The notes under the pieces are model-generated. The model was not told the DNA's origin. It did no database searches and saw only the letters and a list, made by a program, of their open reading frames with translations. The translations under genes and the position numbers were made by a program. From positions 474,544 to 538,543 of the forward strand of contig JACPWO010000001.1 in NCBI GenBank assembly GCA_016197005.1: a stretch of 64,000 bases of DNA, written 5' to 3'. Positions 50,601 through 60,227 of this stretch are shown piece after piece (the first letter of the stretch is position 1; each line of letters opens with the position of its first letter). The stretch comes from Candidatus Anderseniibacteriota bacterium (GTDB lineage: Bacteria > Patescibacteriota > Andersenbacteria > UBA10190).

Positions 50601-52454
50601 ATGAGCATTGTGAAAGATGCCGTTTCTTACCTTCGCGGCAATAAAGGCGATAAAACCGCAGCTACAGCTGACCATAAAAAAGCTGAGGGAGAAAGCGAGC
50701 GCCAATTTAATGAAGGAATATCTTCATTGACGGATATTTTAGCTCCGGCCGGATATAAGGTGGGGCCACGCCATTTAGAAATAGACGGCAAGTATGTGAC
50801 TACTCTTTTCGTTACAACGTACCCCCGTTATTTAGACACAAACTGGTTTTCACCAATTGTGAACTTTGACGTTGAGTTTGACGTTTCCATGTTCATCTAT
50901 CCGCAAGATACAGCGGCTATGCTTAAAGTTCTTCTAAAACGAGTTACTCAGGTATCTGCCTCTATCTCCATGAAGACGGAGCAAGGGAAAGTTCGCGATC
51001 CACAATTAGAAACGGCTTACCAAGATATTGAAGAGCTGCGCGATCGACTGGTACAAGGCACGGAACGTTTTTACAAGTTCGGCATGTACTTAACTCTGTA
51101 TGCCGATAGCGAAAAGGACCTTGATGATGTGCTATCTCAGATCCAGGTACTTCTGGAGGGGCGCCTGGTATATGCCAAACCTGCGCTTTTCCAAATGGAC
51201 CTGGGCTTTACTTCCACACTTCCATTAGGAAATGATCGACTTGCAGTAAATACCAACATGAATACTTCACCTCTTTCCACAACATTCCCATTTGTTAGCT
51301 CCGACTTAACAAGTAATTCTGGTGTTTTATATGGCATTAACCTCCACAACAGCAGCCTTGTCTTATTTGATCGTTTCAGTTTGGAAAACGCGAATATGGT
51401 CATATTCGCCAAATCCGGTGCGGGTAAAAGCTATACGGTAAAGCTTGAAGTGCTGCGCTCTCTCATGTTTGGAACAGAAGTCATTATTATTGATCCGGAA
51501 CAAGAGTATCGCTATCTATCAGAGGCAGTGGGAGGAAGTTACTTAAAAATTGCTATTGCGTCTGATCACCGTATTAATCCCTTCGATCTACCAGAATTAA
51601 ACGAAGATGAAGAACCAGACTCAGTTCTTCGTGAAAACGTTATCCGCCTTATTGGTCTTGTTACTCTCATGGCTGAAGGACTTTCTGCTGAAGAGCAGTC
51701 GGTCGTAGATAAGGCCCTCTGGGAAACATATGCTTTGAAAGACATAACGCCAGGCGTTCGCTGGCAAAAACCAGAGGTACCTACTCTCCAAGACTTCTAT
51801 AACATCTTAAAAGAAATGGATGGGGGCACAAACGCTGCTACACGACTTCAACGATTCGTTGAGGGAACGTTTGCTGGCGTATTCAATAGACCAACCAATA
51901 TTGATCTAGATAAGCAGCTCGTTGTATTTAACATCCGCGACATGGAAGAGGAGCTGCGCCCGATTGCTATGCACGTTGTACTCGGATACATCTGGAATCG
52001 TGTGCGCTCGAAACTTAAAAGGCGCCTGTTAGTAGTAGATGAGGCGTGGATCATGATGAAACACGAAGAGTCAGCTAAATTCTTGTTTTCCATGGCGAAA
52101 CGCGCTCGTAAGTACTACTTAGGAGTCACTACTATTACACAAGATATTCAAGATTTCCTTGCATCAAAATATGGCAAACCAATTGTCACCAACTCCTCTA
52201 TCCAGCTTCTTTTACGGCAAAGCCCGGCAGCAATCGATATGTTAGCTCAGGTGTTTTACTTAACTGATCATGAAAAATTCCGTCTCCTGGAATCTGACGT
52301 AGGCGAAGGTATTTTCTTTGCTGGTTTAAAACATGTGGCAATCAAAGTTATTGCGAGTTACGCAGAAGATCAGATTATTACTTCCGATCCACGGCAAATT
52401 TTAGCTATTGAAGCCGCTAAGAAGGAAATGCAAGAGCAAGAACTTACTAACTAA
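50601..52454 (+). CDS. VirB4/TraC-family T4SS-like ATPase
   Basis: Walker A FAKSGAGKSYTV; Walker B LLVVDEAWIMM with the VirB4-characteristic DEAW; ~600 aa, no TM. Confidence 0.75.
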   Translation: MSIVKDAVSYLRGNKGDKTAATADHKKAEGESERQFNEGISSLTDILAPAGYKVGPRHLEIDGKYVTTLFVTTYPRYLDTNWFSPIVNFDVEFDVSMFIYPQDTAAMLKVLLKRVTQVSASISMKTEQGKVRDPQLETAYQDIEELRDRLVQGTERFYKFGMYLTLYADSEKDLDDVLSQIQVLLEGRLVYAKPALFQMDLGFTSTLPLGNDRLAVNTNMNTSPLSTTFPFVSSDLTSNSGVLYGINLHNSSLVLFDRFSLENANMVIFAKSGAGKSYTVKLEVLRSLMFGTEVIIIDPEQEYRYLSEAVGGSYLKIAIASDHRINPFDLPELNEDEEPDSVLRENVIRLIGLVTLMAEGLSAEEQSVVDKALWETYALKDITPGVRWQKPEVPTLQDFYNILKEMDGGTNAATRLQRFVEGTFAGVFNRPTNIDLDKQLVVFNIRDMEEELRPIAMHVVLGYIWNRVRSKLKRRLLVVDEAWIMMKHEESAKFLFSMAKRARKYYLGVTTITQDIQDFLASKYGKPIVTNSSIQLLLRQSPAAIDMLAQVFYLTDHEKFRLLESDVGEGIFFAGLKHVAIKVIASYAEDQIITSDPRQILAIEAAKKEMQEQELTN

Positions 52455-52463
52455 GACTAGATA

Positions 52464-52886
52464 ATGGCTACGTACAACGCAGAATCCCAAAATGCAGCAC
52501 GCTTAAATTTTGATCGCCGTCTCAGCCAGACACAACCGCAAGGTACTTCATCAAATCGAAATCCAGCAAGCAATTTAGCGAGCCGATTACCAGGCGCGTC
52601 AATGGCACAACGTCTGGGCCTTAACAAAAACCAGAGAGCGCAGAGAAAACAACCACAAGATATAAGCGAGAAAGCACTATCAACCGCACTGACTGCAGCA
52701 AAATTTGTTGCTAAAAGACTTGCGTGGATGCTTATGACGTGGCTATTCGGAATTCTCATCTGGCTTGCTCCATGGATACTACTTATTTCCTTAGTTCTGC
52801 TTATAATTATTGTTATCTTTGATGCAGGCGCCCTCGAAGCAGCTCGAGACACCTTCGTAGAATTGACCGTAAAAAGTCACCCATAA
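52464..52886 (+). CDS. Small membrane protein, hypothetical (T4SS-like module)
   Basis: 140 aa, long C-terminal TM hairpin (WMLMTWLFGILIWLAPWILLISLVLLIIIVIF). Confidence 0.4.
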   Translation: MATYNAESQNAARLNFDRRLSQTQPQGTSSNRNPASNLASRLPGASMAQRLGLNKNQRAQRKQPQDISEKALSTALTAAKFVAKRLAWMLMTWLFGILIWLAPWILLISLVLLIIIVIFDAGALEAARDTFVELTVKSHP

Positions 52887-52888
52887 TT

Positions 52889-53350
52889 ATGAGAACAAAA
52901 ATCCTATTTTCTCTTTTTGTTACCCTGCTTACATTCAGTGGGATACTTATTAATTCTATTCCCGTACTCGCACAGGACGAGGAGGATCCATGCGCAGAGA
53001 GTCCATTCGGATGTTTTGAAGCTCCTTTACCGGGCATATTTGATGGAAAAATTCTTGATTATGTAAAAGATAATGAAGGAAGTGCCCTAACATCTTACGT
53101 TGGCACTGTTGTTGAGTTTGTTACCGCTACGATTATCATCGTTGGCCTCATTCTTATTGTGGGCGGAGGTTATGTGTATATGACTGCTGGGGGCAGCGCT
53201 GAACGCGTAGGAACCGCTAAAACAATGATTGGCTCTGCTTTGCTAGGAATAGTTCTGGCCTTAGTAGCAGTTCTTATCTTAAATACGCTTAGCCCTCAAT
53301 TTGCTGAGCAGGCAAAAGAACCTTGTATTGGCGAAGACTGCCCAGAGTAA
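52889..53350 (+). CDS. Pilin-like protein (VirB2/TrbC-like topology)
   Basis: Signal peptide (cleavage near VLAQDE), then two hydrophobic helices (VVEFVTATIIIVGLILIVGG; IGSALLGIVLALVAVLILN); Cys at both ends. Confidence 0.45.
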   Translation: MRTKILFSLFVTLLTFSGILINSIPVLAQDEEDPCAESPFGCFEAPLPGIFDGKILDYVKDNEGSALTSYVGTVVEFVTATIIIVGLILIVGGGYVYMTAGGSAERVGTAKTMIGSALLGIVLALVAVLILNTLSPQFAEQAKEPCIGEDCPE

Positions 53351-54503
53351 GAGCTATTAATACAAAGTGTAGTATCGCTAAATCGTTCTTCCAAAAGATA
53401 GTGTCAGTAAAACCAAAGAGTATTAATACAAATAAAGCTAAAGCCACAGAAAACTTGAGACCTCTTTGGTAAAATATCCAGACGTGAAGAACAAGAAAGG
53501 CTCCTACCCCCACTAATCCGGTATTAAGCCAAAAAGAGAGAACCAAACTATGTGGATCCCTATACACAAATTCACTAAGTGGCTTTTTTTGTGATCTAGA
53601 GTTTTTAAAACTCTCAAAACGCTCGTGAAGTTTTCCTTGGTATGCCGGCTCAAAAGTTCCCAGCCCAATGCCAAGGATTGGGTTTTCTCGAATGAGTTCC
53701 CCCGAAATATCCCATAGTTGTAGTCGAACATATGCAGAACTGGCTGGTTGTAATAAGTAACTCGTCTTTTGAACGCTCACCCATACCGCAATCACCAACA
53801 AAATACTTACTGAGATTAAGACGAGAGGTTTTCTTGTTAACTGTATGTGTGGACGTAATGAGATTGTTCCTAAAAAAAGAACTACTATCACTGTCAGAAT
53901 ACCAGCCAGTGACTTTGTTCCCAGCAGGGCTATAAACATGGTACCGGCCATCAAGTAATTGATCTGCCATCCTCCAATTTTTATTCTTGTAAAAACGGCC
54001 AATACAATTAACGGCGCAAGAAAAAGTGCCAGGGATGCAGGGACATCATACACGCTCCGAATTCGATCAAGTGTTCCAATCTGACTAATGCCAATAAGCG
54101 CCACCACTACCCCTGATGTAATAAGCGCATTTAAGATATAGTCTCGTATCTTAGGAAATCTCCAAGTAGCTATATATACCTGAGCGGCATATAGCAAAGG
54201 GACTAATATCCACCCTTTTAAAACTCCAAGACTCGTCTCAGGGTGAGGAGAAATGATAGTAGAAACAACTGCTGCTGCAACAAAGAGAAGGAGACAAGTA
54301 GCTACTGGCCATGGTAGGACCCACATAACTTCTTTCCAACTTCGCCTCATTGTGGGTTGCAGAAACCCTGCAATTGTCACCCCAATAATCAGCACCTCAA
54401 GTACGTTTGTAGGAATACCCAATACGGAAAACCGCACCAGATACGTCGGTAAGAGAGCGGCTATCGCTATGAGGCCGTATCGGTAGAGAGGCTCAGTGCC
54501 CAT
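53289..54503 (-). CDS. Polytopic membrane protein, O-antigen ligase/Wzy-like candidate
   Basis: ~10-12 TM helices with a larger loop; adjacent to GT2 and Wzx genes. Confidence 0.45.
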   Translation of the reverse strand: MGTEPLYRYGLIAIAALLPTYLVRFSVLGIPTNVLEVLIIGVTIAGFLQPTMRRSWKEVMWVLPWPVATCLLLFVAAAVVSTIISPHPETSLGVLKGWILVPLLYAAQVYIATWRFPKIRDYILNALITSGVVVALIGISQIGTLDRIRSVYDVPASLALFLAPLIVLAVFTRIKIGGWQINYLMAGTMFIALLGTKSLAGILTVIVVLFLGTISLRPHIQLTRKPLVLISVSILLVIAVWVSVQKTSYLLQPASSAYVRLQLWDISGELIRENPILGIGLGTFEPAYQGKLHERFESFKNSRSQKKPLSEFVYRDPHSLVLSFWLNTGLVGVGAFLVLHVWIFYQRGLKFSVALALFVLILFGFTDTIFWKNDLAILHFVLIALTLGSLRQYKVLLPAQQIEG

Positions 54504-55792
54504 AAAATGCTTAAAGTAATAAGGAGATGTACATACAAAAAGCTATTAAGAAATTGAGAGTGAATAAGAAGCGTCAGAAAACAACCAAGCGGAGCAAGTA
54601 AGGGGAGAGCCCTTTCACTCAGAAATCGCCGCCATGTTTGTTGCAGGCCATATGTCCATGGAAGAAGAAACAAGATAACTCCTGGTATTCCAGTTGTAAC
54701 CCATAACATAAGCCAGCTGTTATCTACCCCGGCTCGAGAATGGAGAGAGAAGTCCGAAGCAAGACCTGCCCTGGCTGCTGCAAATTGATAGCTATTATAC
54801 CCAACCCCCACGAGAGCTGTCGTCGAAGCAAATTCTTGCCACACTGCTCTCAGTGACTGTAGCCGCAATTGAACAGTGGAATCATGCGTTATTGTTCCCA
54901 CCAGCCGATCGCCGAGTATCCACCCGGCTATGCTTACACTCACTAGCCCCAAGGCTCCAACGAGAACAATCTGAAGGATCCTATGCTTCCGATATATTGC
55001 GCCCGCAGCAGATACATACCGCCAGACAAGGAGGGGAGACATAAGTAAGCCGGCTGCCGCCAGCGCAATCAAGCTGCTGCGAGACTGGGTTAGGGCGAGA
55101 GCTAAAAAACTAGCCCCTATAAGAAAAGCACGCTGAATGGTCCAGCGTGCATTTGCGCCCCAAAAAATAAGCATGAGCATAAAAAACCCACCCAGGAAAT
55201 TCGGATCAAGCCAACTCGCAACCAGTCGCTTCTCGTGTGGATCCCAGCCCGTGCCAACCCAAGCTGGCAGATCATGTATGTTTGGCAGAATGAGTATCTG
55301 TAAAAATCCAAGAACAAGTAAAGCGACTGTAGCCCCCATCAAAATTTTATGGGCAAATCGTCGCAGCAGTGGATCCTGGAACAGAAGTAAAAGTGCCGGC
55401 AAGAGGAGAAGGTAAGAAGTAAGACGAAATAGGTAAGATATCGAAATGATTGATACCGACGTATCCATCGAAGGTAGGTGAATAACAAGTGTAAACAAGG
55501 ACCACATAAGAAATGGGAGAAGGAGCAAACCGTGATAAGTAGCTGTCCTACTTATCTGTTTTCTCTGCAGAACTCGCATGCTGCTAGCTACTAGTATAAG
55601 AATAACAGCCACGTCGCTGAGTAAGAGTCCTCCCGCTTGTCCGAAGACTGGAATACGTAAGACCTGCCCAGTGATAAGGGATATTCCGAGTATTCCAATG
55701 GCTATCCGTGGGAATACTACTGACCACCACCCTAACGGGAGTAAGGCGAGACCAAGCGGTATAAATGGCGCAAAAATCGCTGTAATAGCCAT
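54467..55792 (-). CDS. Polytopic membrane protein, O-antigen polymerase/ligase-like candidate
   Basis: 441 aa, >=10 TM helices; polysaccharide-cluster context. Confidence 0.45.
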   Translation of the reverse strand: MAITAIFAPFIPLGLALLPLGWWSVVFPRIAIGILGISLITGQVLRIPVFGQAGGLLLSDVAVILILVASSMRVLQRKQISRTATYHGLLLLPFLMWSLFTLVIHLPSMDTSVSIISISYLFRLTSYLLLLPALLLLFQDPLLRRFAHKILMGATVALLVLGFLQILILPNIHDLPAWVGTGWDPHEKRLVASWLDPNFLGGFFMLMLIFWGANARWTIQRAFLIGASFLALALTQSRSSLIALAAAGLLMSPLLVWRYVSAAGAIYRKHRILQIVLVGALGLVSVSIAGWILGDRLVGTITHDSTVQLRLQSLRAVWQEFASTTALVGVGYNSYQFAAARAGLASDFSLHSRAGVDNSWLMLWVTTGIPGVILFLLPWTYGLQQTWRRFLSERALPLLAPLGCFLTLLIHSQFLNSFLYVHLLITLSILWALSLSTDTAS

Positions 55793-56508
55793 ATCGATGG
55801 AGAATAGTGCTTTTTGAAGTACTTGTCTGCAGAGGCATCATATAGCCGGGCTTTCACTCGCTTATTACTCAAGCTTGCTCCACGTTCATGCCGTACTTTT
55901 ATCGTCGGCTCAATTACTACTTTCCACCCACCAACACGCGCCCGGCGACATAGGTCAACATCCTCCCAATACATGAAGAACTCTTCATTAAAGCCCTTTA
56001 GTTGTTCAAATGTCTGTCGGCGAATAAGCATGGCTGCTCCAGAGACCCAATCTGGCAATTGGTATTCCGATTGGTACGTTTTTCCTTTTTTAATAAGTGA
56101 CCATAGCGTTGGCTCCATGCCATACGCAAAGGTTTCTGGTTTACCATCAGAATCTTCTAAACCCAATCCGATAATACCTATTTGTGGGTCAGCTTCGAAT
56201 ACGGCCGTAGCAACGTCGAGCGAACTTTGTAACTCGGCATCAGGATTGATGAAAAGGAAATACGCAGGAAGCGTGGCTTGGTTAATAAGAGCAGCTACTC
56301 CCTGATTTATTGCCGCTCCAAATCCCTTGTTAGTAGCATTTACGATTGCAGTAACCGAAAGGGTATGTAATATCTCAACTGTTTTATCTTGAGAGGCGTT
56401 ATCAACGATAACGATACGAGAAATATTCGCCCGCTGCAGACTTTGTACACACTTTGTGATCGTGTGCTCATTGTTATGGGTAACAATAGCGACAGCAGTT
56501 TTGTTCAT
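55732..56508 (-). CDS. Family 2 glycosyltransferase
   Basis: AIVTHNNEHTITKCVQSL...IVIVDNASQD GT-A N-terminus, DxD-like motif. Confidence 0.8.
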   Translation of the reverse strand: MNKTAVAIVTHNNEHTITKCVQSLQRANISRIVIVDNASQDKTVEILHTLSVTAIVNATNKGFGAAINQGVAALINQATLPAYFLFINPDAELQSSLDVATAVFEADPQIGIIGLGLEDSDGKPETFAYGMEPTLWSLIKKGKTYQSEYQLPDWVSGAAMLIRRQTFEQLKGFNEEFFMYWEDVDLCRRARVGGWKVVIEPTIKVRHERGASLSNKRVKARLYDASADKYFKKHYSPSIWLLQRFLRHLYRLVSPYSR

Positions 56509-57287
56509 ATCACTATACTTTTTCTATCGACTAAAGCTTGTGCGAGATCAGTATGTCCAGACAGACGATGATAGAGATAACGACCAGAGTTTAGAGCCTT
56601 CCAATACACGCGCCAAAAAGAAGATGTATAGTTCTCCAGAACGTAAGCGCCATTCCGCACTAGGTAATACTTCTTCAGAGGAGGTAGAGGTTCTACTGCG
56701 TCATTATGCGTTATCCCTATACGAGGCAGGGGCAGAAGGGGGATACCAGCTTTGGAGACACTCCAGCTAAATACTACGTCTTCCCAATACATGTATAACC
56801 CCAACGGTAACTGTGTCACTTGAAAGACGTGAAGCGGAGCAACTAATACTGAGCCGTGAACATATTGCTTGCCCATTAATATTTCTGGCATTGGTGGCAG
56901 ATGAGCCCTCCCCGTAAACAGATTTACTACCCCCAATTTATCCCCCGCTAAGAAGGGATTGCTTCGGCTCTCTGCCCACTCACGTAATCCTTTCATCGTG
57001 CCACTTGAAATCTCAACGTCGTTATTAAGGCAAATAACAACATCATCCGATTGCCCTCCCAAGGATTGAATCACTTTTAACCCCACGGTTAATCCAGCAA
57101 CATATCCCTTATTTGACTGCCGTTTAACTATTACCGTCTTATCTGTCGGTAGGTCATAGGGAATATCAGCATGATCTACTATAACGGTGAAGTCAGGGCG
57201 GGCACTGCTACTGCCTAAAGCCTCAACAAGCCTAAAAGTGCTTCTAGGCGATGTATAATGGACAATTACAGCAAAATACCGTCTCAT
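56505..57287 (-). CDS. Family 2 glycosyltransferase-like protein
   Basis: VIVHYTSPRS...VIVDHAD N-terminal GT-A-like pattern. Confidence 0.65.
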   Translation of the reverse strand: MRRYFAVIVHYTSPRSTFRLVEALGSSSARPDFTVIVDHADIPYDLPTDKTVIVKRQSNKGYVAGLTVGLKVIQSLGGQSDDVVICLNNDVEISSGTMKGLREWAESRSNPFLAGDKLGVVNLFTGRAHLPPMPEILMGKQYVHGSVLVAPLHVFQVTQLPLGLYMYWEDVVFSWSVSKAGIPLLPLPRIGITHNDAVEPLPPLKKYYLVRNGAYVLENYTSSFWRVYWKALNSGRYLYHRLSGHTDLAQALVDRKSIVI

Positions 57288-57364
57288 ACTGGGGAATTAT
57301 ATGTGGAAAACTCTGTGGGAAAAGGGGTCGTCATCTGTGTACAAGTCTGGACACTAATACTAGT

Positions 57365-58288
57365 CTATTTCGACAATTTTCGCGGGATTCCAGCAACTAC
57401 CCCCCGACGATAGGCGTAGGCCGCGGCGTGCGAAAACAAACGAGGAAGCGTATATCGACGAGAGGTAAGGCGCACAACGGAAGTAAGCAAAGGAGCAATA
57501 AGGAAAGGATACAAAAAAAGTTGAAGCCGATGCCGAAAACTAAATTCGGATTCTGGCGAGGGCAGATGAAGAAGCTTTGCATAGAGGTGCCGACTTTTCC
57601 CAGCTGCATACTGCCGCTTCAGAAAGGCAGAGGTGGAATAGAAATGGTGATGAAGTCCCGTCGCTCGTTCCAGTATGTGCAATCGCAACCCCCTCGTCGC
57701 CAGTCTATCACCCAGTTCTGTATCTTCATGCCCATAGCCAGTAAACTGCTCGGAAAAGAGGTCAGAAGAAATAAGGTCACGCTTCAGAGAAAGGTTTGAG
57801 CCGTACAGGTACTTTCGAGCATCGACGATCTTTTCTCCTAATAAAGTATCGAAGTCATTTTGTGGCCCTCCGTGTATTGCCCATTGCATCAGGGGCGTTG
57901 GTCGCAACCGGGGGTCCCACATTACAAAACCAAGCGCACCGTCTTGCGTACTCGGATGTTGTTCATGAAAAGAAAGATGAGCTGCAAGCGCGCTTGGTCG
58001 GAGAATAATATCGGCACCAAGAAACAAAAGAATATCAGCCCTTGAAGCTTTAATACCGCGATTTCTCGCCGCGGCTGCACCATGATGCTCTCCGGATATA
58101 GAGATGGTTTCCAGGCAGTATTTCGTGCGAGATATCATTTCACGCGTTGCATCCGTTGACCCGTCATCACACAGGAGCACGCGTACTTTCCACGAAGAAA
58201 CAATCTCTTGCCTGTTGAGCTCTTCCAATACTAACGGGAGAGTCTCAGCGTTGTTGTACGTTGGAACAATAATGTCGCATGTTTTCAT
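57365..58288 (-). CDS. Family 2 glycosyltransferase
   Basis: IIVPTYNNAETLPLVLEEL...VLLCDDGSTD. Confidence 0.8.
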   Translation of the reverse strand: MKTCDIIVPTYNNAETLPLVLEELNRQEIVSSWKVRVLLCDDGSTDATREMISRTKYCLETISISGEHHGAAAARNRGIKASRADILLFLGADIILRPSALAAHLSFHEQHPSTQDGALGFVMWDPRLRPTPLMQWAIHGGPQNDFDTLLGEKIVDARKYLYGSNLSLKRDLISSDLFSEQFTGYGHEDTELGDRLATRGLRLHILERATGLHHHFYSTSAFLKRQYAAGKSRHLYAKLLHLPSPESEFSFRHRLQLFLYPFLIAPLLTSVVRLTSRRYTLPRLFSHAAAYAYRRGVVAGIPRKLSK

Positions 58289-59709
58289 GCTGTCTTCTGC
58301 ATAAGAAGTTTAAATTGTTTGGCTTTTAGTAAGCCCGCCGCCCATGCCCCCGCCCCATATACCATCATAGCTAAGATAAGCGCAGGAACAGTTGGTATAA
58401 CTCCAAGAAGCGCTCGACATACAAGCCAAGTGGCTACAGATAACACACTGATTGCCAGTAGCGCCCCAAAGGAAATACGGAAGTGAATACTTTTGTGTAC
58501 CAATACACCCGCAACTATAGCTGAGAGTGCCTCAGTGGCTACTGTTACCCACGCCGCGGCCGGTGCGCCAAAGTGAGGAATGGTAAGGGAGTTAGCGATA
58601 ACTGCAAAAATCACGAGCCCGGCGTATAACACAAGAAGACTACGCTGCTTTCCTTGAGCTACTAAAGTAAACCCAAATAAGTTACCAAAGAACATAACGA
58701 GAAGGGCAATTGCCAACGTAGACAAGAGAGGACCGGCTGGAGAAAATTCTGCGCCAGATAATATTGTAACAATGGGTGTCCCCGCGCTAATAAGTAAGGA
58801 ACAGACGAGCCCGCCGGCGATAAGCAGCGCATAGAGTGACTGTTCTAGTAACGCCCGAAGTTTAGTAGTGTCTCGAGTAGCACTTAGTTTTGGTAAGAGC
58901 AGCCCTCCAAAAGCAGCCGGGATGAAAAGTAAGCTTTCAACAATTCGGTAAGCTAAGCCGTACCACCCCACTTCTACCGCTGGCCTAAACCAGGACAACA
59001 TAAGAATATCGATACGAAAATAGATGGCGCTCAGAATGAGCATAAGAGCTAGTGGCCATGACGTCGTGAGTAGCTCTTTCCACTTTTCTCCCGCAAATGT
59101 TAAGCGAAAAGGCCGCAGTTGAGGCAAGAGTAAACTATGAATGAGGTAAGCTCCAGCTGCAGATACGGCAAACGCTGCCGTCGCAAAAACGACCGAGACT
59201 TTTCCATATTGATGTGCAAACACGCTTATGAACACTCCAACTACTACTACCTGCAAGAGACGACCAACAAAGTCACCAAGAGCGGCTCGCCACATGGCGC
59301 CATACGTTTGGTACACCCCCATAAAAAGTTGGCTCCAGGATTGAAACAAGAAGCCAAGAGCGGCAACTGCATACGCCGAAAGGAGAAAACGGTAGGTAGG
59401 TAGAAGAAAAATCGCTACTCCTCCCAAACCAAACACCACTACGGCGAGCACTAGCCGCAACGACATGGCTGAGGAAAGTATTGTTTGTTGCCGAGAAGCA
59501 GCTGCTCCTAGCTGTCGCGTTACCGTAAGATAAAGTCCAAAATCAGCTGCTGTTTGTAAAAGCGCTCCCAAAGAAAGCAGCAGAGCATAATCCCCAAAGT
59601 TATTAACTCCTAAGAGACGACTTATGAGGGCGGCAACGACTACCCCCAGGGCGCCACTAGCTACTCGCCCGGCGACCGACCAGCCGGTGTTAGCGAGGAC
59701 AGACGCCAC
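58285..59709 (-). CDS. Wzx-type polysaccharide flippase (MOP superfamily)
   Basis: 474 aa, ~12-14 TM helices, N-terminal pattern of polysaccharide biosynthesis protein family. Confidence 0.75.
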   Translation of the reverse strand: MASVLANTGWSVAGRVASGALGVVVAALISRLLGVNNFGDYALLLSLGALLQTAADFGLYLTVTRQLGAAASRQQTILSSAMSLRLVLAVVVFGLGGVAIFLLPTYRFLLSAYAVAALGFLFQSWSQLFMGVYQTYGAMWRAALGDFVGRLLQVVVVGVFISVFAHQYGKVSVVFATAAFAVSAAGAYLIHSLLLPQLRPFRLTFAGEKWKELLTTSWPLALMLILSAIYFRIDILMLSWFRPAVEVGWYGLAYRIVESLLFIPAAFGGLLLPKLSATRDTTKLRALLEQSLYALLIAGGLVCSLLISAGTPIVTILSGAEFSPAGPLLSTLAIALLVMFFGNLFGFTLVAQGKQRSLLVLYAGLVIFAVIANSLTIPHFGAPAAAWVTVATEALSAIVAGVLVHKSIHFRISFGALLAISVLSVATWLVCRALLGVIPTVPALILAMMVYGAGAWAAGLLKAKQFKLLMQKTA

Positions 59710-59721
59710 TTCAGTAGCGAA

Positions 59722-60192
59722 TTATAAGAAAACCGGACGGACAACAACCCGCCGATTTGGCTCTTCTCCTAAACTCTCGGTGCGAATATCTTTATGAGTC
59801 GCAAGTGCCGTGTGAATAGCTCGACGATCAGCTGCCGTCATCGGTTCCAGTACGACAGTTCGACCAGTGCGATGGGCACGCCTTGCTACTTCCTGCGCCA
59901 TCTCAAGGAGGGTACGCTCACGACGCAGTCGGTAACCGTTCACATCTACTAAGATTCGAACTTCTTCATTCTTTAAATTCTTGCGGAGCAAGCAACGTAG
60001 TACGTGCTGGAGAGCAGAGAGATGAGCACCATGAGCGCCGATTAATAGTCGCCCCTCATCCCCAGCCTCTATTTCCACTCGAATAAGGTGTTCTTCAGGA
60101 AGAGCACAATGCACTGTAACTTCGGCAAACCCGACCATTGCCAGTATATGCCTGACATGTTCCTCTATAAGTGCTGCCCCTTGCCGATCCAT
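59722..60192 (-). CDS. khpB: Jag/KhpB RNA-binding protein (KH + R3H domains)
   Basis: R3H block (HRTGRTVVLEPMTAADRRAIH); conserved position downstream of yidC; internal ATG chosen to limit overlap with yidC. Confidence 0.75.
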   Translation of the reverse strand: MDRQGAALIEEHVRHILAMVGFAEVTVHCALPEEHLIRVEIEAGDEGRLLIGAHGAHLSALQHVLRCLLRKNLKNEEVRILVDVNGYRLRRERTLLEMAQEVARRAHRTGRTVVLEPMTAADRRAIHTALATHKDIRTESLGEEPNRRVVVRPVFL

Positions 60193-60227
60193 ATTCGTAC
60201 AGTAAACAGGCGCTATACGCCCGTCAA

